Assembly (NCBI GenBank): GCA_964187785.1
Contig: OZ076409.1
Span: 28,956,001-29,020,000, forward strand
DNA length: 64,000 nucleotides
Direction: 5' to 3'
Origin: Amphiscolops sp. MND2022
Taxonomy: Eukaryota
A model generated the notes under the pieces. It ran no database searches, was not told the DNA's origin, and saw nothing but the letters and a program-made list of their open reading frames with translations. Of this stretch, positions 57,440-64,000 are shown piece by piece; position 1 is the first letter of the stretch; each line of letters begins with the position of its first letter. The position numbers and the translations under genes were made by a program.

Positions 57440-60400
57440 TCATGGTCAATTTGAGGCATTTTTCTTTTATAAATTGAACTTATTTCAAGACGAAAGCTCA
57501 CCGAAACAACCAGTTGGCCCATGTTTTAGGCCTTTAAACGTTCTAGTTGACGAAGTCCATTGATATTTTGACAAAAATTGTGCAAAAAGATTGAAATTAG
57601 GATAATTTTGAAATTTTGTCTGTTTCGATGTCAATTCCGGACAGTTTTCGTTTAAAAAACTGCATTTATCACTTTTCTAAGCTTACTGGACAATACAATT
57701 TTTCCTTGTTGACCCTTTTCAACGTTCCAGTTGACGAAGTCTGTCAAACATGTGGAAAAAATGCATAAATTTTGGGATTTTTGTCATTTTCGGTGTCAAT
57801 GTGAGATTTTTTCGTTCAGAACCTTGCAATTATCTCTTCATAAAATACCACTGGACGACCAACTTTTCCCTTGTTGACCCTCTAAAAGATTCCAATCCTC
57901 GAAATTTGTCGAAACTTCAACAAAAAAAGCATAAAAACTTTGAAAATTGGAAATTTTTGGGTTTTAGTCATCTTCGGTGTCAATTTGAGGCATTTTTTTA
58001 AAAATGCAATAAACTCTTCGAAAAGACTACTGGACAACCAACCCTTTCCTCGTTGACCCCTTAAAACATTCCAATCCACGAAGTCTGTCAAAAATCAGAC
58101 GAAAATGCGTAAAAACATGGAAAAAATTTTTGGATTTTTGTCAATTTGAGATTTTTTCATTTACCAAACAACAAATATCTTTTCGGAAAAGCCTACTGGA
58201 CAACCAATCTTTTCCTTTTCGAGTCTTTAAATCATTCCAATCCACGAAGTCTGTCGAAACTTTCACCAAAAATACATAAAATCTTCGAAAATTGGAAAAT
58301 TCTAGTATTTTTGCCATTTTCGGTGTCAATGTGGGACATTTTCGTTCAGAACCTTGCAATTATCTCTTCATAAAATACCACTGGACGACCAACTTTTCCC
58401 TTGTTGACCCTCTAAAAGATTCCAATCCTCGAAATTTGTCGAAACTTCAACAAAAAAAGCATAAAAACTTTGAAAATTGGAAAATTTTGGGTTTTTGTCA
58501 TCTTCGCTGTCAATTTGAGGCATTTTTTTAAAAAATGCAATAATCTCTTCGAAAAGACTACTGGACAACCAACCCTTTCCTCGTTGACCCCTTAAAACAT
58601 TCCAATCCACGAAGTCTGTCAAAAATTAGACGAAAATGCGTAAAAACATGGAAAAAATGGAAAATTTTTGGTTTTTTGTCAATTTGAGGTTTTTTCATTC
58701 ACAAAACAGCAAATATCTTTTCGGAAAAGCCTACTGGACAACCAATCTTTTCCTTTTCGAGTCTTTAAATCATTCCAATCCACGAAGTCTGTCGAAACTT
58801 TCACCAAAAATACATAAAATCTTCGAAAATTGGAAAATTCTAGTATTTTCGCCATTTTCGGTGTCAATGTGGGACATTTTCGTTCAGAACCTTGCAATTA
58901 TCTCTTCATAAAATACCACTGGACGACCAACTTTTCCCTTGTTGACCCTCTAAAAGATTCCAATCCTCGAAATTTGTCGAAACTTCAACAAAAAAAGCAT
59001 AAAAACTTTGAAAATTGGAAAATTTTGGGTTTTTGTCATCTTCGCTGTCAATTTGAGGCATTTTTTTTAAAAATGCAATAATCTCTTCGAAAAGACTACT
59101 GGACAACCAACCCTTTCCTCGTTGACCCCTTAAAACATTCCAATCCACGAAGTCTGTCAAAAATTAGACGAAAATGCGTAAAAACATGGAAAAAATGGAA
59201 AATTTTTGGTTTTTTGTCAATTTGAGATTTTTTCATTCACAAAACAGCAAATATCTTTTCGGAAAAGCCTACTGGACAACCAATCTTTTCCTTTTCGAGT
59301 CTTTAAATCATTCCAATCCACGAAGTCTGTCGAAACTTTCACCAAAAATACATAAAATCTTCGAAAATTGGAAAATTTTAATATTTTTGCCATTTTCGGT
59401 GTCAATGTGAGACATTTTCACAATGAAAACTGCAACGAACTCTTCGGAAAAGTCTACTGGACGACACATTCTTTCCTTGTTGACCCTTTTGAACGTTGTA
59501 GTTGACGAAGTCTGTCGAAAATTTGAAAGAATATGCATAAAAACTTTGAAAATTGGAAAATTTTGGGTTTTTGTCATCTTCGCTGTCAATTTAGGCATTT
59601 TTTTAAAAAATGCAATAAACTCTTCGAAAAGACTACTGGACAACCAACCCTTTCCTCGTTGACCCCTTAAAACATTCCAATCCACGAAGTCTGTCGAAAA
59701 TTAGACGAAAATGCGTAAAAAGATGGAAAAAATGGAAAATTTTTGGTTTTTTGTCAATTTGAGATTTTTTCATTTACAAAACAGCAAATATCTTTTCGGA
59801 AAAGCCTACTGGACAACCAATCTTTTCCTTTTCGAGTCTTTAAATCATTCCAATCCACGAAGTCTTTCGAAACTTTCACCAAAAATACATAAAATCTTCA
59901 AAAATTGGAAAATTTTAATATTTTTGCCATTTTCGGTGTCAATGTGAGACATTTTCGTTCAGAAGATGGCAATTATCTGTTCATAAAATACCACTGGATG
60001 ACCAACTTTTCCTTTGTTGACCCTTTAAAATCTTCCAATCCTCGAAATTTGTCGAAACTTCAACAAAAAAAGCATAAAAACTTTGAAAATTGGAAAATTT
60101 TGGGTTTTTGTCATCTTCGGTGTCAATTTGAGACATTTTCACTATGAAAACTGCAACGAACTCTTCGGAAAAGTCTACTGGACGACACATTCTTTCCTTG
60201 TTGACCCTTTTGAACGTTGCAGTTGACGAACTCTGTCGAAAATTTGGAAGAATATGCATAAAAACTTTGAAAATTGGAATTTTTTTGGGTTTTTGTCATC
60301 TTCGGTGTCAATTTGAGGCATTTTTTAAAAATGCAATAAACTCTTCGAAAAGACTACTGGTCAACCAACCCTTTCCTCGTTGACCCTTTAAATCATTTCA

Positions 60401-61150
60401 ATCCACGAAGTCTGTCGAAACTTTCACCAAAAATACATAAAATCTTCGAAAATTGGAAAATTTTAATATTTTTGTCATTTTCGGTGTCAATGTGAGACAT
60501 TTTCGTTCAGAACATTGCAATTATCTGTTCATAAAATACCACTGGACGACCAACTTTTCCCTTGTTGACCCTTGAAAAGATTCCAATCCTCGAAATTCGT
60601 CGAAACCTCAACAAAAAAGCATAAAAACTTTGAAAATTGGAAATTTTTGGGTTTTTGTCATCTTCGGTGTCAATTTGAGGCATTTTTTTAAAATGCAATA
60701 AACTCTTCGAAAAGACTACTGGACAACCAACCCTCTCCTGATTGACCCCTTAAAGCATTCCAATCCACGAAGTCTTTCAAAAGATTGACGAAAAATGCGT
60801 AAAACTATTGGAAAAATGGAAATTTTGGGATTTTTATTTTCGGTGTCAATTAGATTTTTTCATTCAAAAAACAGCAATTTTCTTTTCGGAAAAGCATGCT
60901 GGACAACGAATTAGTGCCATGTTGAGCGTTTTCTTTATTGTAATCCACGAAGTCTATCGAAAATTTGACAAATATTGCATGAAAACGTTAAAAGTCGGGA
61001 AAATTTTGGTTTGTCTTTTTTGGGTTTTTCTTTCCATAAAAACTGCATTTATCTCTTCATAAACGACTACTGGACAACCAATTTTTGCGTTGTTGAACTT
61101 TTTCATCATTCGAATACACGACATCTATCGAAAATTTGACAAAAATTGCA
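57440..61150 (+). repeat. Satellite of 173-185 bp monomers with a 538 bp trimer higher-order repeat
   Basis: ctggac anchors at 58381, 58561, 58734 and 58919 (180+173+185 = 538). The ORF track repeats at 58141/58679/59217. Confidence 0.95.
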
Positions 61151-61154
61151 TTAA

Positions 61155-61732
61155 CCTTAAATGGGCCAGGAACTTTCCGGATTCAATCAAAAATCTGGTT
61201 CTTAAATTTTGAACCGCAATATCCTAAACTATTCATGTCCGACAAACGGTTTATACAGCGTTGGAAAGAAGAGCACCAGGGCTTTCAAATCAATTTTTAA
61301 ACTGCTGGCCTGGGGCCCGCTAGCGTTAGGTCAAAGTGGCTCCAGCATATTTTGAAACATGCTGAAAAGCAATCAGACACACCACGCGTGCAAAGCCCGC
61401 AGTGGCTCCGGACTTTTGCGCCTAAAGTTTGCACGCGTGGTGTCTCTGATTTCAGCATGTTTCAAAATTTCATTTCAATGTTGATACCAGTAGGATAAAA
61501 GGGCCACAAACGAAAACGGGAAGTCTGCACTCAATTTTTTTTTATTTTTTTTGGGTCCCATTTTCATGATTTCGGAGACATCATGTCAATATTCCGTGAA
61601 ATGGTGTGCAATGCTATGCAAAATCGCCTGGAACTCTTATTCAAGAGTTTTCTTTACCATACAGTCAGCTGGTTGGTTCAGAAGTTTGCAAAAACTAGTT
61701 GGGACGTATACGTCCCAATGGTCCATTTAGGG
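61155..61732. mobile_element. piggyBac-type MITE (TTAA TSD), 578 bp, inserted in the last satellite monomer
   Basis: TTAA|ccttaaatgggcca ... tggtccatttaggg|TTAA. The empty site gcattaaaacgtaaaaa matches the monomer. Confidence 0.9.
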
Positions 61733-63405
61733 TTAAAACGTAAAAAATTGGAAATATTTGCAGTTTTTACTATTTTTGGTGTCATTTTTGGGTCATTGTG
61801 GGGTCCTTGGGGTCAACTAAAAATGTCCAGAAATCTCCACAGATACAAATCGCACGAAGCTAAATTAACGTGAGTTGAATTCTATGGGTAACACCCTTAA
61901 AGTTAGATATAAATTTGGTGCTTGGCAAATTTTGTAAAAAAAACCGTTTGATTTAAATATTTTCCTTTCCCATATGAAATATGGGCGGAAATATAAATTT
62001 TGCAGTCATTCTACACCCAAAGGTGCTCCTGCGTGTGCAATGACATCAAATTCGTATGACGGGAATCTGAGAAACAGCCAAAATTAGTCCAAGAATGACC
62101 AAATGACAAAAAATACGTAATTTGTTTTTCAATATTTTAATCTGTTTTCAGCTCATGGGGCTCTGGTTCATAGAGAAATCAAATCTTATTTGCGAGCCCT
62201 AAAAATTTGTTGAATTAATACAGGGCGGAAAACATCTCAGTGCTCAGCTTGTTTGAAAAAGCATCGGTTCCTATTGAAAAGAATAATGTTTGACACTGCA
62301 TTTTCAAAAAAGCCAGATTGTCAAACATCACAATGTATTGCTGATTTCATAATATTTTTGCGATTTCAAATTCTCTATAATTTCGCTGGATCCAACAATT
62401 AATTTGCTGAGCCACAGAGAAAGATTGTTCCATTTTCCAGGGAGGTGCATTTGGAGAGGTCTAAAACAAGAAACGATTCCTTCCGACAGACAACTATTTC
62501 GAAGCTGCTTTTCTTCTTCACTTCTTTCTACGACGGACTGCAAGTCTTCTGTTCTTACCATGTCAAGTACGCCAGTTTGGGTGAGTCACATTTAATGCAT
62601 CGCGATGTTTGTTTTTAATGAGATGAATAAGCACAAGGTTATGGAAAATACGTTAAATTTTAGTTTGTTTAATATTTGCTGAATGTTGCCTATATGACAA
62701 AAAATGCCTGGGAAAAGTCCAAACGCTTTCAATTCAAAAATTTCATTTGGAGATTGTTTTTCCTTTGTAAAGTAAATTCGCACGATCTTCCATGAAATTC
62801 ACTCCATGATGCAATCACGTTAAAAAACTTGATAACAAGGGAAAGCTAGCTTTATGCGAGTTCCGTTGACGGCCGGTGTGATTAGTTTCCAGTAGGAAAA
62901 TTAATTTTCGGCATTGCCGAAAACGATTAACTGAATGCCGAAAATCGGACAGATTTTGAGTAAATTGTTTGTTCCTGAAAATTTTAACCGAACAAATTTG
63001 TGTATTTTAAACGTATTTTTACAAACTTCCATATCTGAATTTGTACTGAACTGATCATCCTCGTGTTTTTCAGATTCGATATGGGTAAGAACAAAACCTC
63101 GCTGGTAACTTCGTGATCAAGTTTCCCAGCAAAAATTTCTGTCAGTTTTAAAAGCCTTGGATGCGGAGTCGATTTTAGTTCATTGTTCAATTTGGTTACA
63201 TGACATTTCGTCCTATGCAATTTTAACTGTTGCCTTTTCAACCGTTGACAATTTCAACATATTGCATTTTCAACCTTTAGCAATTTCGACCTATACTAAT
63301 TCTGGCTAATTACTCCTGATTTGTTTTAGTAATTATTTCAGTACAATAGTTGGTATGAAACCAAAGTGCTTCAATTATTGGTAATTATCCATGAAGAAGC
63401 CAAAA

Positions 63406-63966
63406 CGAATCAAAACTGGCGTAAAAATTAGCACATTCGAATTTACAAATGTATAAAAATGGAATCACTAATAAAAATTATATAACTAATTAAGATTCAT
63501 TAGCCAAAATTAGTGTAGGTCGAAATTGCGGAAGAAGTCAACGCTTTCATCAGTTTTGTTTAGACTAGCAGCCTTCTAATGAATTGCACCTGGAATGTGG
63601 TTGGTCTTGCTACAGTTGAACGACTTGGAACAAATTGAACGGTGTCAGAACATTTCGTCCTATGCAATTTCAACCTATACAATTTCAACCGTTGCTGTTT
63701 CAACCGTTGACAATTTCAACCTATTGCATTTTCAACCTAGGTAGTAAGACCAACCACATTCCAGACCATGACCATATTGCTGGTGCAATTCATTAGAAGG
63801 CTGCTAGTCTAAACAAAACTGATGAAAGCGTTGACTTCTTCCGCAATTTCGACCTACACTAATTTTGGCTAATGAATCTTAATTAGTTATATAATTTTTA
63901 TTAGTGATTCCATTTTTATACATTTGTAAATTCGAATGTGCTAATTTTTACGCCAGTTTTGATTCG
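63406..63966. repeat. Inverted duplication with 185 bp apparently identical arms
   Basis: 63406-63590 is the reverse complement of 63782-63966. An additional 23 bp inner pair lies at 63591-63613 and 63741-63763. Confidence 0.95.
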
Positions 63967-64000
63967 ATGTCTTTATTGGATGATTTCTCGAAGTTTCGTT

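Noticed and set aside
57750..61062. Recurrent ORFs in the ORF track
   Set aside because: They recur with the 538 bp satellite period on both strands and have low-complexity K/F/N composition.

Overview
AT-rich, intron-rich animal (probably invertebrate) genomic DNA dominated by transposon debris. Two host genes are visible, both on the + strand. The first is the last three exons of a PAK/STE20-family kinase (1091-5151). The second is the N-terminal half of a ferroportin (SLC40A1-like) gene: four firm exons at 44915-48014, plus candidate exons at 32946, 53779 and 54550; the C-lobe exons were not found in the window. The rest comprises: a 7.4 kb minisatellite with higher-order structure; a ~180 bp-monomer satellite at both window ends; a young but integrase-deleted BEL/Pao LTR retrotransposon; degenerate LINEs, Tc1 and hAT remnants; many MITEs with readable TIRs and TSDs; and at least 10 copies of a Helentron-associated (HINE/DINE-1-like) family. 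The most unusual observations are a 154 bp element with Maverick/Polinton-type ends, HINE copies carrying tRNA-like Pol III modules, one conserved core wrapped in three different terminal repeats, and a four-level nested insertion. All calls were read by eye; no database searches were run, and family assignments rest on recalled motifs.
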